Below, in pieces: positions 9,271 to 16,825 of a stretch of 32,000 nt of DNA. The stretch covers positions 32,230-64,229 of the forward strand of contig NZ_QRGA01000013.1 of assembly GCF_003367175.1 (NCBI RefSeq). Direction: 5' to 3'. The translations under genes and the position numbers were made by a program. Positions within the stretch are counted from its first letter, which is position 1. Each line of letters opens with the position of its first letter. Source of the DNA: Trinickia dinghuensis (GTDB taxonomy: Bacteria; Pseudomonadota; Gammaproteobacteria; Burkholderiales; Burkholderiaceae). Below the pieces are notes generated by a model that saw only the letters and a program-made list of their open reading frames with translations, had not been told where the DNA came from and did not search any database.

Positions 9271-9561
9271 ATATTGTCCACGCTGCGCCGTGCGATCCGA
9301 GCAGCCAAGACAGCATTTCGCACGGCACCGCTTCGACCGGCAACAAGCTAGCAAGTCCAGCACCTCACGCCTTGAGACGCCTGCAACGAGCAGGCGTTTT
9401 TTTTGAATCGCGATTTTACGATAGACCCGCCGTCTCCGCGCGTCGTGGACGCCCCGCCGCGTGTTACGGATATGCCAGTAGAGATTGCGTATCTCGCCGA
9501 CAACTCGCGCCAGGTCACCCGCTGACAGCGGCTGACGCTCCCATAGTTCTAACTGCACCAT
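9265..9561 (-). CDS. Hypothetical protein (doubtful; possible small DNA-binding protein)
   Basis: 98-aa ORF. The N-terminal third (MVQLELWERQPLSAGDLARVVGEIRNLYW) looks protein-like and is preceded by AAAACGGGGGC containing an SD. The C-terminal two-thirds is Arg/Cys-rich, runs antisense through a plus-strand terminator, and ends inside the att core. Confidence 0.3.
   Translation of the reverse strand: MVQLELWERQPLSAGDLARVVGEIRNLYWHIRNTRRGVHDARRRRVYRKIAIQKKRLLVAGVSRREVLDLLACCRSKRCRAKCCLGCSDRTAQRGQYI
9377..9404 (+). terminator. Rho-independent terminator
   Basis: Perfect 8-bp stem ACGCCTGC / GCAGGCGT with a 5-nt loop (AACGA), followed by T8. No plus-strand gene lies upstream in the integrated state. 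See the finding on the split repressor gene. Confidence 0.6.
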
Positions 9562-9666
9562 CGAGGCCCCCGTTTTTTATTATTAAGTCATTGTTTACGG
9601 CAAATCACGGAAAACTTGAGACCAAGCGGTCACTGATAGAATCGCCGAAAACAAAACGGGGGCTGA

Positions 9667-9945
9667 ATGAAGACCGTAAACAACGACAGACAACGGGGCA
9701 CACCGACCCCAGCGGACCACCGGCGGCCAATCTGGCGGCATCCTGCCTACCTTGGACTTTGGGAGCACTTGCCATACGGACTACAGATCCGACTCATGGA
9801 AATCGAGGGGCGCCTCGACCGCATCTTTCGGCGACGCCTTAAGGTCCACCGGCGCAGCAGACACGTGCTACAGCGCGCTGTCCTGATCGCGCTGATCGGC
9901 GCAGCGGTCCGCGCAATTATTTACCTCTGGCAGAGGCGCTACTAG
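9667..9945 (+). CDS. Hypothetical small protein with a C-terminal hydrophobic segment (doubtful start)
   Basis: 92-aa ORF with the SD-like AAAACGGGGGC upstream. Only the distal half (MEIEGRLDRIFRRRL...AVLIALIGAAVRAIIYLW) has convincing G/C-third-position coding character. It is the only ORF of 60 aa or more in 9562-10139. Confidence 0.3.
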   Translation: MKTVNNDRQRGTPTPADHRRPIWRHPAYLGLWEHLPYGLQIRLMEIEGRLDRIFRRRLKVHRRSRHVLQRAVLIALIGAAVRAIIYLWQRRY

Positions 9946-10139
9946 GCCACACGCGCCGAAGAAAAGCGGCTTTGCAGTGAGGGGGGCCTTGGCTCGACGC
10001 CCGCAGCAACAGCGAGCGGCGCCGGTAATACCCGCTACTCGGTCCGGGAAGTCGCGCTAAGCCGCGCGACAACCGCTACAACTCCGCCTTTAGGCAGTCG
10101 CGCTACCCCTCTGCGACTACCGCCCGGACACTCCTAACG

Positions 10140-10349
10140 CTAGTCGCTTGACAGCTTGCGCTTCGGATCGATTCCGTTTTCTTTAAGAAGCGTCCTAAGC
10201 CGCTGATTATCGCGATACAACAACAAAACACCTATCACCGTCACGGCCGGAAAGAACCACTTGCCGGAATAGTGGAGAATCGCCCACGCCCCAGCGGCAC
10301 ACACAACGCCCGTTGCGAGCAACGCAATTTTGTCGCCGATCCAATTCAT
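10140..10349 (-). CDS. Small two-TM membrane protein (prophage cargo, partner of the 155-aa ORF)
   Basis: 69 aa with two hydrophobic helices (IALLATGVVCAAGAWAIL, FFPAVTVIGVLLLY) and a basic tail. ATGA overlap with the upstream ORF stop (10346-10349). Confidence 0.6.
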   Translation of the reverse strand: MNWIGDKIALLATGVVCAAGAWAILHYSGKWFFPAVTVIGVLLLYRDNQRLRTLLKENGIDPKRKLSSD

Positions 10350-10813
10350 TTCGCGGCCCCGACCTGTAAAGCGCGCATTGCATACGATCTGCGCGCAGGC
10401 ACGTCTGTTAAGACCTCAGGATGGCGCTGCATAAAAATCTGAATGTCCATTGGAACGACCAAACCGCGACTGGCGATCCAACGACCAACGGCACGATAAC
10501 GAGCCGCAGGAGAGTTCCTATAAGTGTCGCTGCACGCCTTCACTGCCTCGGTCGCCACGATCATGCTCCCGAGCGCCGCACCAACGTAGTAAGACACCGC
10601 CATCGCACCGACAGCACCAAGCTTTTCGAGCGCCGTAGTAGCCCCGATAAGCTCTTTGACCGTGGCATCGGGCCCAAGCGCCTTGAGGGCGCCCAGCATC
10701 GTCGTCATCGTACCCAACGCGGTTTGCAACGAGGAAAACAGGCCCGTCGGCGCATCAAGCCCGAGCGACCGCATGTTGTCGTGAAACGCCTTTGAAAAGG
10801 AAACGCAGTCCAT
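10346..10813 (-). CDS. Hypothetical protein with a Gly/Ala-rich hydrophobic helix (prophage cargo)
   Basis: 155 aa with a central GAVGAMAVSYYVGAALGSMIVA segment. I recognise no family. Translationally coupled to the downstream 69-aa membrane protein. Confidence 0.6.
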   Translation of the reverse strand: MDCVSFSKAFHDNMRSLGLDAPTGLFSSLQTALGTMTTMLGALKALGPDATVKELIGATTALEKLGAVGAMAVSYYVGAALGSMIVATEAVKACSDTYRNSPAARYRAVGRWIASRGLVVPMDIQIFMQRHPEVLTDVPARRSYAMRALQVGAAK

Positions 10814-10888
10814 GTAATAGCTCTCTCAGTAGATTGTTATAGCGTCAGACAGCACGCGAATATTACCAGAGCGGCGACATGCGAATTT

Positions 10889-10931
10889 CCCGTTACGCAT
10901 AACGGGATTTCATTTTTCGTTACGCGTAACG
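10889..10931. repeat. Two CGTTAC/GTAACG palindromes flanking the stop codon of the 169-aa ORF
   Basis: CCCGTTACGCATAACGGG (10889-10906, imperfect only at the centre) and the perfect 14-mer CGTTACGCGTAACG (10918-10931, which encodes the last codons VTRN). Confidence 0.8.
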
Positions 10932-11419
10932 TCGTGCTTAAGCAGCGCCTCAAGGCGACCGTTATCACCGTCATTTTGCCAACCGACCGTCAACAAGTAC
11001 CAAAACAGAAGGATGCTATTCGCGTAGCCACGGCAAAGCATGCTCATGTTCGCCTCACCCTTGCTCGCAGCCTTCGATGCTTCCCCCATCTGGTGTCGAA
11101 TCTCGCGCTCGGCCAGCGCCGTAATCTGCCGATACGACCACTTCTTTCCAACCGGTTCGCGAAAAGCTTGGCGCTGCTCACCCAATTCGCGCCTAGCCTG
11201 GGCCAACTCCTCACGAAGCCGGTCGTTTTCGAGCACAAGATCGTCGTAACCGTCGCCAGCAGCCGGAATATTTTTCGTTACGGTAACGGATTCGCCAGCC
11301 GCTTTACGACGAGCACGGAACGCCGCCTGACGCTGTGCGTTCGTCATGGAACCAGACTTAGGCGGACGACCCCGGCCGCGCTTTTCCGTTACTCCGTCTT
11401 GTAACGCAATTTCTTGCAT
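10910..11419 (-). CDS. Putative DNA-binding/regulatory protein of the prophage
   Basis: 169 aa with an N-terminal basic AT-hook-like KRGRGRPPKSG followed by TNAQRQAAFRARRKA and a coiled-coil-like LENDRLREELAQARRELGEQRQ. It has its own sigma70-like promoter with a palindrome in the spacer. The family is not recognised. Confidence 0.65.
   Translation of the reverse strand: MQEIALQDGVTEKRGRGRPPKSGSMTNAQRQAAFRARRKAAGESVTVTKNIPAAGDGYDDLVLENDRLREELAQARRELGEQRQAFREPVGKKWSYRQITALAEREIRHQMGEASKAASKGEANMSMLCRGYANSILLFWYLLTVGWQNDGDNGRLEALLKHDVTRNEK
11276..11288. repeat. CGTTAC-G-GTAACG palindrome inside the 169-aa ORF
   Basis: CGTTACGGTAACG preceded by TTTT, as at 10914 and 11382. Confidence 0.7.
11387..11406. 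repeat. Spaced inverted repeat CGTTAC-N8-GTAACG over the first codons of the 169-aa ORF
   Basis: CGTTAC (11387-11392), spacer TCCGTCTT, GTAACG (11401-11406). Confidence 0.6.
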
Positions 11420-11449
11420 GGCGCCAATCTCCGCATTGGTAATAAGATT

Positions 11450-11478
11450 ATTTTATGTTACGCGTAACGGAAAATCAA
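11450..11478 (-). promoter_or_regulatory. Sigma70-like promoter for the 169-aa ORF with an operator in the spacer
   Basis: The minus strand reads TTGATT (11478-11473), a 17-nt spacer TTCCGTTACGCGTAACA, then TAAAAT (11455-11450). The spacer contains the perfect palindrome GTTACGCGTAAC. GGAG lies 9 nt before the ATG at 11419. Confidence 0.5.
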
Positions 11479-11497
11479 GTATTTACGTTACGTAACG
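11457..11497. repeat. Two perfect palindromes, GTTACGCGTAAC and CGTTACGTAACG, in the secretin/169-aa ORF intergenic region
   Basis: GTTACGCGTAAC at 11457-11468 and CGTTACGTAACG at 11486-11497. The second abuts the secretin stop codon at 11498-11500. Confidence 0.8.
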
Positions 11498-12844
11498 CTA
11501 AATCTTTTGCACCTGAAGGAGCAGCAAGATTTCCGTCTTGCCCGTGGACACCGTATGGCCGGATGCCCAACGCGGCAGGAACGACAAGCCGGAGTTGGCA
11601 TGCGTCGCTTGATCCTGCGTCAAACCGCCTATAAGCAACACGTCGCCATCGGCCAGGCTGAAAGAGCTTTCAACCTTTCGCGTGTTCTTCGTCGGCGAAT
11701 TGTTCACGCCCGTCGTTGTATTCACGAAGCTACTGATTTCCTCGACGAGGTGCAGGTCGATCGCATCGCGCTTCACAACCGGCTTGACCTGAAAAATCAC
11801 GCCCGCGTCCTCGTACTGGATGCTCTGAACCGGCGCCGCCGTTGAACTGGGGTAGGACACGGAGCCAATCACCGGCACCGACTCCCCGACGTTAAGACTC
11901 GCCGTATCGCCCGACGCAACGCGCAAATTCGGCGAGGTTAGGACCTTGAACCTCGAATCGCTGTTCAGCGCCGACAGCGCAGCACTAAAACCGCCCGCGC
12001 TCAGCCTGATCGCGTTATCGGTTGACTTGATGCTGCCGATGTTCAGCGAAGCCCCTAGACGCCCGCCTAGGATGCTCAACGCGAGTTGAAACGCCGAGTT
12101 GTTATCCGACGTATCCGTCACCTCATACACCCACGCGCGCACCGCGACATTGCTAACCGGCGTGTCGAGCTGCGGCAATAGCTTTTTCAACATCGCCACT
12201 TCACCGGCCGAGCCAACGAACACGAGTTCATCGGCCGACTGATCGACAAGGCTTGCCGCCGACGTCGCGGGCACATCGCTCGCCACCTTGGCACCTTCCG
12301 GCGCCGACACGGGCCGATTCTCGGTAAAGCGGCCGCTGAACAGCGGTCCCACGATGCGCGACAGATAGTCAGCATCCCGATACCTCGGCGAATACACGAA
12401 TGTCTGCCGGTCGCTTTCATCGTTTGCGTGATCCGACTTAGATACGTACGTCACCCCACCGCGAACCGTCACCGAGTAGCCCAGCGACCCCAGGAAATCA
12501 GACAGGAACGAGCGCACGTCACCCTGTGCCTTGTCGAAGCGAAACGACACCGGCCGCGTATCCGTCAACACGTCAGGATCGAGGACATACGGCGCGTGAA
12601 GCAAATCCGCATAGATCAGGTCTACGACTTGTGCGACGGGCACAAAGCGCAGATCGATACGAGAGCCTGTAAAGCGCGGAAGCGCCGACATGATCGGGCG
12701 ATCAGGGGCCTTTGCGACGGGCACGCTCGCCGACGTCTGAACCATCCCCGGAGGAAGCGGAGGAAAACCCGGACTGCCGACCGACATATCCGATGCTCGA
12801 GCAACGCACGACACCCAAAGAAGGAGCAACGCGAACCGTTTCAT
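11498..12844 (-). CDS. Phage-encoded secretin (pIV-like, GspD/PulD family)
   Basis: Start at the internal ATG 12844 (MKRFALLLLWVSCVARA signal peptide), which forms an ATGA overlap with the Zot stop. The C-terminal secretin core reads FKVLTSPNLRVASGDTASLNVGESVPV...IQYEDAGVIFQVKP...VLLIGGLTQDQ. Confidence 0.9.
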   Translation of the reverse strand: MKRFALLLLWVSCVARASDMSVGSPGFPPLPPGMVQTSASVPVAKAPDRPIMSALPRFTGSRIDLRFVPVAQVVDLIYADLLHAPYVLDPDVLTDTRPVSFRFDKAQGDVRSFLSDFLGSLGYSVTVRGGVTYVSKSDHANDESDRQTFVYSPRYRDADYLSRIVGPLFSGRFTENRPVSAPEGAKVASDVPATSAASLVDQSADELVFVGSAGEVAMLKKLLPQLDTPVSNVAVRAWVYEVTDTSDNNSAFQLALSILGGRLGASLNIGSIKSTDNAIRLSAGGFSAALSALNSDSRFKVLTSPNLRVASGDTASLNVGESVPVIGSVSYPSSTAAPVQSIQYEDAGVIFQVKPVVKRDAIDLHLVEEISSFVNTTTGVNNSPTKNTRKVESSFSLADGDVLLIGGLTQDQATHANSGLSFLPRWASGHTVSTGKTEILLLLQVQKI

Positions 12845-13941
12845 TTCGCGCCCCCGAGCAGAGATTTCGACGACGGCGCCAAACCACCGACCTGGCCGGA
12901 CCACTCGGCCACACGATCACCTTCGATCATACCCACACGCTCTAAGCCGTTGCCCATGAACTCAGACGGCGACTCAGCCCTCAACCGGCCATCGCCATTA
13001 GCGAGCAGCACATACGACCGGCCATCGACGCTATAGGCACCTGCAACACGCCACGTAGACGAGGTTTGCGGCGCCTTATCACCGCCGGTCGATACCGCCG
13101 AGGCAGGGACCGCACCAGCCGCGCTCGCATGCCCGTTATGCGCCGCGACTTCACGCGCAGCAGCAGCCGTCCGGCTATGAAAGAAGCGCACGGCAAACCA
13201 CAGCCCGACGGCACCGAGCAGCAACACCGCGCCGACCAGAAACCAAAGCGACTTTCGCGCAAGAACGTTTTGCCGAGCGTCTACCGCACTCTCCTTGCCA
13301 GACGCGCCCGCATAGCTCTTGTACAGCGGAAAAATCTCAGCCTTGTACTTACGAACAAACGTGCCCGTTCTGTTGCCGGCCGTTTGCTTCCACGTCTCGT
13401 ACATTTCGACCCGGTAGGTCTTCGCCAGCCCGAGGCTCTTGAGCTTGACCATGCGAAACGACAACTCGACGACCGCCTTAATCGAGCGATGCAGATCGGC
13501 AATGGTCTGGATCATGAGCACCACGTCGCACGCAACACCCGTTTCTTCATGCACGAAGTGCCGATGCATCCGGAAGAACGCCATGTGTTCTTTCGAGATT
13601 TTTTGATCGGTGGCCCATAGCTTCCATGCTTCGTCGATCACGAGCAGATCGCCCGGTAGAACGAAGCCAGGCGTAACGGTAGCGCCCCCGGCTCCCTCGA
13701 CCTCGACCGGGAAAAAGCCGTCCTGTTTCAGGTCATCGGTGCGCACATGGACGATGCGACCAAGCCGAGCAAGCGGAACGTTCCGCTTTTCGTGCACGTA
13801 GGCGTGTATCAGATCTTCGTTGACACCATCGACGTTCGTCACGACTCGGCGACCGGCCGCAACAGCATCGAGCAATGGACCCGACACCACCTCGTACGAC
13901 TTGCCCGAACCCATCACGCCGCAGTAAGCATTAATTGACAT
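12841..13941 (-). CDS. zot: Zot-like assembly ATPase (pI homologue)
   Basis: Start at ATG 13941 gives MSINAYCGVMGSGKSYEVV (Walker A). Walker B is LLVIDEAW. A TM segment (LWFLVGAVLLLGAVGLWFAV) follows the ATPase domain, as in the Zot/pI family. Confidence 0.9.
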   Translation of the reverse strand: MSINAYCGVMGSGKSYEVVSGPLLDAVAAGRRVVTNVDGVNEDLIHAYVHEKRNVPLARLGRIVHVRTDDLKQDGFFPVEVEGAGGATVTPGFVLPGDLLVIDEAWKLWATDQKISKEHMAFFRMHRHFVHEETGVACDVVLMIQTIADLHRSIKAVVELSFRMVKLKSLGLAKTYRVEMYETWKQTAGNRTGTFVRKYKAEIFPLYKSYAGASGKESAVDARQNVLARKSLWFLVGAVLLLGAVGLWFAVRFFHSRTAAAAREVAAHNGHASAAGAVPASAVSTGGDKAPQTSSTWRVAGAYSVDGRSYVLLANGDGRLRAESPSEFMGNGLERVGMIEGDRVAEWSGQVGGLAPSSKSLLGGAK

Positions 13942-14033
13942 CTTCCGGTCCCTGGCGAAACCAACGCACCGCAAAACGTGCCCACACCGCGAGCACGAGC
14001 ACGACAACGGACACCGCTAGCGGCCCCACGGCA

Positions 14034-14327
14034 TCACCCAATAACCGGTATGCGCCGGATGATGAAGCGCGTAGCGAACGCTGCGACGATCGCGGGCGCC
14101 CCGTAGCTAAACCCGAACAGATCGAGGAAGTACCACACGTCGGAACCGACGCCACCGAACGCCCCGGCAAGCGATGCCGCACTCGGCAAAATGCCAGCAC
14201 TTTGCAGCACAGAGATAAATTCGGTCGTCACGAACCACATGGCGAAGTACGCAAAAAACTTCGCGATGATCGAGCGAAAGACGAAGCCGAGAACGACGTT
14301 AAACGCGCTAAGCAGAATGCCGAACAT
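14034..14327 (-). CDS. pVI-like minor coat/membrane protein (DUF2523-like)
   Basis: 97 aa, highly hydrophobic (MFGILLSAFNVVLGFVFRSIIAKFFAYFAMWFV...). GAGGTG RBS. Its position between the pIII-like and Zot genes is the conserved inovirus position. Confidence 0.7.
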   Translation of the reverse strand: MFGILLSAFNVVLGFVFRSIIAKFFAYFAMWFVTTEFISVLQSAGILPSAASLAGAFGGVGSDVWYFLDLFGFSYGAPAIVAAFATRFIIRRIPVIG

Positions 14328-14338
14328 GATCAGTCACC

Positions 14339-15709
14339 TCACGCCGTCAAGACGACCAACAGGGCCGCAACCGTGAATGCAGCGACAAAGAACCCGTGTA
14401 TCTCATCGCGGTTTTGCTCTAGCAGATCGCACTGCGACGTGAACGTGTACGTCTCGCCCCACAGCTGGAACGAAGGCTCCGGGCACGCCGACGTATGAGC
14501 AGGCACCGCCCACGAGCGCAGATCAGGCAACAAGCCCAGAATGGGCGCAAGGATTTGCGCAGCCGTGGGCGTCGCTTCCAACCCAGGCGCACCGATACCC
14601 GGATCCGGGCCAAGGTTGATTTCGGCACCACTGCCCGGATTGGTCGCAACTGGGACCGACGAAGCCGGGTTCGACGTGGACGGAACCGACGTAGCGAACG
14701 GCGCAGAACTACTCGCACCCGACAAGCTACCGGCGCCACTCACCGCGCTACCGACAGTTGGCGCAGACGTGCCAAGTTGATCCTCGACGGACGACGCCTC
14801 ACCGGCCGTCGCAGGAGCGTTCACGGGGAAAGGAAGGCCCGCGTAGCCCTCGCCCTGGGCCGCTTGGCCCCACAGTGCATTGACCGTCGCCGCAAGCACT
14901 TGCGCATTCAACACGTCGGGATCGTCAGCCGCAGGCGTAGCAGCCGCAGCAGCCATCACGGATTCAGTCACCGGCGGAGGCGGACTATAGGACGCGCACG
15001 AGCCATTGACGATGATCCCCGACGAGCACGCATTGCCGGACCAAGCACCAGTGCCGCTACTCGTCACGTTCTGGACGTCCGTTTCCTGTCCTCCCTGCGG
15101 AAGCGTAATGTCGAAACTACACGAGCCAGATGACGAGCTACCCACAACCCACGTATAGCCATTAGTACCGTTCTCCTTCTGTGCAAACGCCTGACATGCG
15201 GCAGCGACCGACGAACCGCACGCAGAACCGGGGCCGGTCTCGGTGTTATTCCCAACGCAAAAATACTGCTGCGGAGCGGCTAACGCGGGATAGGGCGACG
15301 AACCACCAGCCCCGGAAACCGTAACCGATCCATCACTATTCGACTGCCACTGCTGAAGCGACCCGTTACCCAACGACGTCGGCACCGCGAGCAATGCACC
15401 ACCGGCAGCGACCGCCGCTACCGCAATCCACGGCACCGCCCCGACAGCGATTCCCGCACCGGCCGCTATCGTCGCAGCAGCAGCCGCAGCAGCCTCACCA
15501 ATGGCCGCAACCGTCTCGGCGATACGCGGATCGGCCGGAGAGAAGCCGTTAGCCGCGGCGACCGCAGCGACCACGCCACCAATCGCCATACCCATCGACG
15601 GATACGACGTTGAGGAAGACGCCGCATAGACGACACGCGGAGGCGCCCACACCAAAGCGCCATAGAGCAGCGCGGCCCCGCAGAACGCGGACAATCGAAA
15701 CCGTTGCAT
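14339..15709 (-). CDS. pIII-like adsorption/minor coat protein
   Basis: Start at ATG 15709 (GGGGGTGAG RBS) gives the signal peptide MQRFRLSAFCGAALLYGALVWAPPRVVYA/A. The protein has Gly/Ser/Ala-rich linkers, Cys-containing globular segments and a C-terminal anchor FFVAAFTVAALLVVLTA. It sits immediately after the major coat gene. Confidence 0.7.
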   Translation of the reverse strand: MQRFRLSAFCGAALLYGALVWAPPRVVYAASSSTSYPSMGMAIGGVVAAVAAANGFSPADPRIAETVAAIGEAAAAAAATIAAGAGIAVGAVPWIAVAAVAAGGALLAVPTSLGNGSLQQWQSNSDGSVTVSGAGGSSPYPALAAPQQYFCVGNNTETGPGSACGSSVAAACQAFAQKENGTNGYTWVVGSSSSGSCSFDITLPQGGQETDVQNVTSSGTGAWSGNACSSGIIVNGSCASYSPPPPVTESVMAAAAATPAADDPDVLNAQVLAATVNALWGQAAQGEGYAGLPFPVNAPATAGEASSVEDQLGTSAPTVGSAVSGAGSLSGASSSAPFATSVPSTSNPASSVPVATNPGSGAEINLGPDPGIGAPGLEATPTAAQILAPILGLLPDLRSWAVPAHTSACPEPSFQLWGETYTFTSQCDLLEQNRDEIHGFFVAAFTVAALLVVLTA

Positions 15710-15819
15710 GCTCACCCCCGCATACCTTGAACGACCGCCCAGGCTGACAACAGCCCCCATGCGAACATCGCCAAATACCACGCAGTGTTTGCGTCGATCA
15801 TCACCACCCCCGCCTCAAG

Positions 15820-15847
15820 AAAAAAGGGCGAGCACCAGGCCCGCCCC
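15820..15847 (-). terminator. Weak rho-independent terminator after the major coat gene
   Basis: The minus strand shows GGGCG...CGCCC (5-bp stem, 11-nt loop) followed by T6, about 24 nt downstream of the coat stop. The position matches the post-gVIII terminator of Ff-type phages. Confidence 0.4.
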
Positions 15848-15870
15848 ACCCAAGCGAAGCACCGCGACCG

Positions 15871-16128
15871 CTACGCGCTCCGGATCATACGAAGGACGAT
15901 CTTCGCGCCCTTGATCGCGACGTACAGCAGCACGAGCGAAGCAGCCACCGCCATCACCGCCGTGATCGTCGTCGAAAAACTCACCGACGAAGTCAGGCTC
16001 GTGTAGTCGACGCCGGACGCCTGCGCGTGCGACACCAACGGCGTAGCCGAAACGGCAGCGACCACAGGAGCCGCCGCAACACGCAGCGCCTTCGAAACAC
16101 CCGCACCCATCTTTTGCAGCAAACGCAT
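15871..16128 (-). CDS. Major coat protein (pVIII-like)
   Basis: ATG 16128 with AGGAG 5 nt upstream. Signal peptide MRLLQKMGAGVSKALRVAAAPVVAAVSATPLVSHA/Q. The 50-aa mature part has an acidic/polar N-terminus (QASGVDYTSL), a hydrophobic core (ITAVMAVAASLVLLYVAI) and a basic C-terminus (KGAKIVLRMIRSA). Confidence 0.8.
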   Translation of the reverse strand: MRLLQKMGAGVSKALRVAAAPVVAAVSATPLVSHAQASGVDYTSLTSSVSFSTTITAVMAVAASLVLLYVAIKGAKIVLRMIRSA

Positions 16129-16173
16129 ATGCACTCCTAGCAAGAGAAACCGGGAAGCGCCCGGCTCGCATCA

Positions 16174-16458
16174 CTACCCCCGCCGAATGAATTCGACGAG
16201 CGCACCAATCCCGCGTGTTACGAAATACAGCCCGACAACAAAACAAAATGCGAGGCCCCAAAATCCGGCCGCTTGCGTGTAGTCAAACGGTGTTGTTTCC
16301 GCCGAGTTATCGACAAGCGCCATGTGCATGACACCAAGCGTTCCTTGCGTGCCATCGCTCGCGGTGCAAGCCACCGAATGACCGCTTATCCCGACCGCGC
16401 CTACGCCAGACGCGCCAGAACTACTCACGCACGCCGCTACATCGATACCCAGGCTCAT
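16174..16458 (-). CDS. Small membrane protein (possible minor coat protein)
   Basis: 94 aa with a C-terminal coat-like layout DNSAETTPFDYTQAAGFWGLAFCFVVGLYFVTRGIGALVEFIRRG. ATGA overlap with the upstream small ORF. Confidence 0.6.
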   Translation of the reverse strand: MSLGIDVAACVSSSGASGVGAVGISGHSVACTASDGTQGTLGVMHMALVDNSAETTPFDYTQAAGFWGLAFCFVVGLYFVTRGIGALVEFIRRG

Positions 16459-16607
16459 TGATCGACGCCTCCACGATCCGCACCACGCTTAGCACCGCGC
16501 ATGACCAGCGAAACGACACCGAGGACACAGCCGACAACGCCCACCATCGTCAGCGCCACCAAGCAGTCGGCGATAAGATCGAGCACATCAAACGGACAAC
16601 TCAGCAT
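16455..16607 (-). CDS. 50-aa single-TM protein (possible pVII/pIX analogue), absent from the ORF track
   Basis: The minus strand reads ATG at 16607 preceded by GGGGGAGG. Translation: MLSCPFDVLDLIADCLVALTMVGVVGCVLGVVSLVMRGAKRGADRGGVDQ*. Its stop overlaps the next start (ATGA at 16455-16458). Confidence 0.5.
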   Translation of the reverse strand: MLSCPFDVLDLIADCLVALTMVGVVGCVLGVVSLVMRGAKRGADRGGVDQ

Positions 16608-16616
16608 CGCCTCCCC

Positions 16617-16823
16617 CTAGTGCAGCATCCGGCCCACGAACACGACCGGAACCACATCGAACGGACCATCGCAGTGATCGACCCCGGCTTGCGTCGCTTC
16701 TTCCGCATCGCTGAACCCGCCCGCCTCACGAAACCGACACGTAAAGCCCACGTCGCCATCGACCGGACACAGGAACTCGCCGCTCGACAAGTCCTGAACC
16801 ACGTACACCACGGCCCCGCTCAC
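16617..16823 (-). CDS. Hypothetical small acidic protein
   Basis: 68 aa. It starts 2 nt after the stop of the pV-like gene and has good G/C third-position bias. No family recognised. Confidence 0.5.
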   Translation of the reverse strand: MSGAVVYVVQDLSSGEFLCPVDGDVGFTCRFREAGGFSDAEEATQAGVDHCDGPFDVVPVVFVGRMLH

Positions 16824-16825
16824 GA

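Noticed and set aside
9204-9842. 212-aa plus-strand ORF crossing attL
   Set aside because: It runs across the chromosome/prophage junction, through a strong terminator and through the divergent intergenic region. Its composition is not protein-like.
14339-15781. Upstream 24 codons of the pIII-like ORF (track start 15781)
   Set aside because: The internal ATG 15709 has a strong RBS and begins a classical signal peptide. The extension (MVFGDVRMGAVVSLGGRSRYAGVS) would bury that signal peptide.
15815-16261. 148-aa minus-strand ORF overlapping the major coat gene
   Set aside because: It is an alternative frame of the coat-gene region with Cys/Arg/Gly-rich junk translation. The coat frame has an RBS, a signal peptide and the canonical coat layout.
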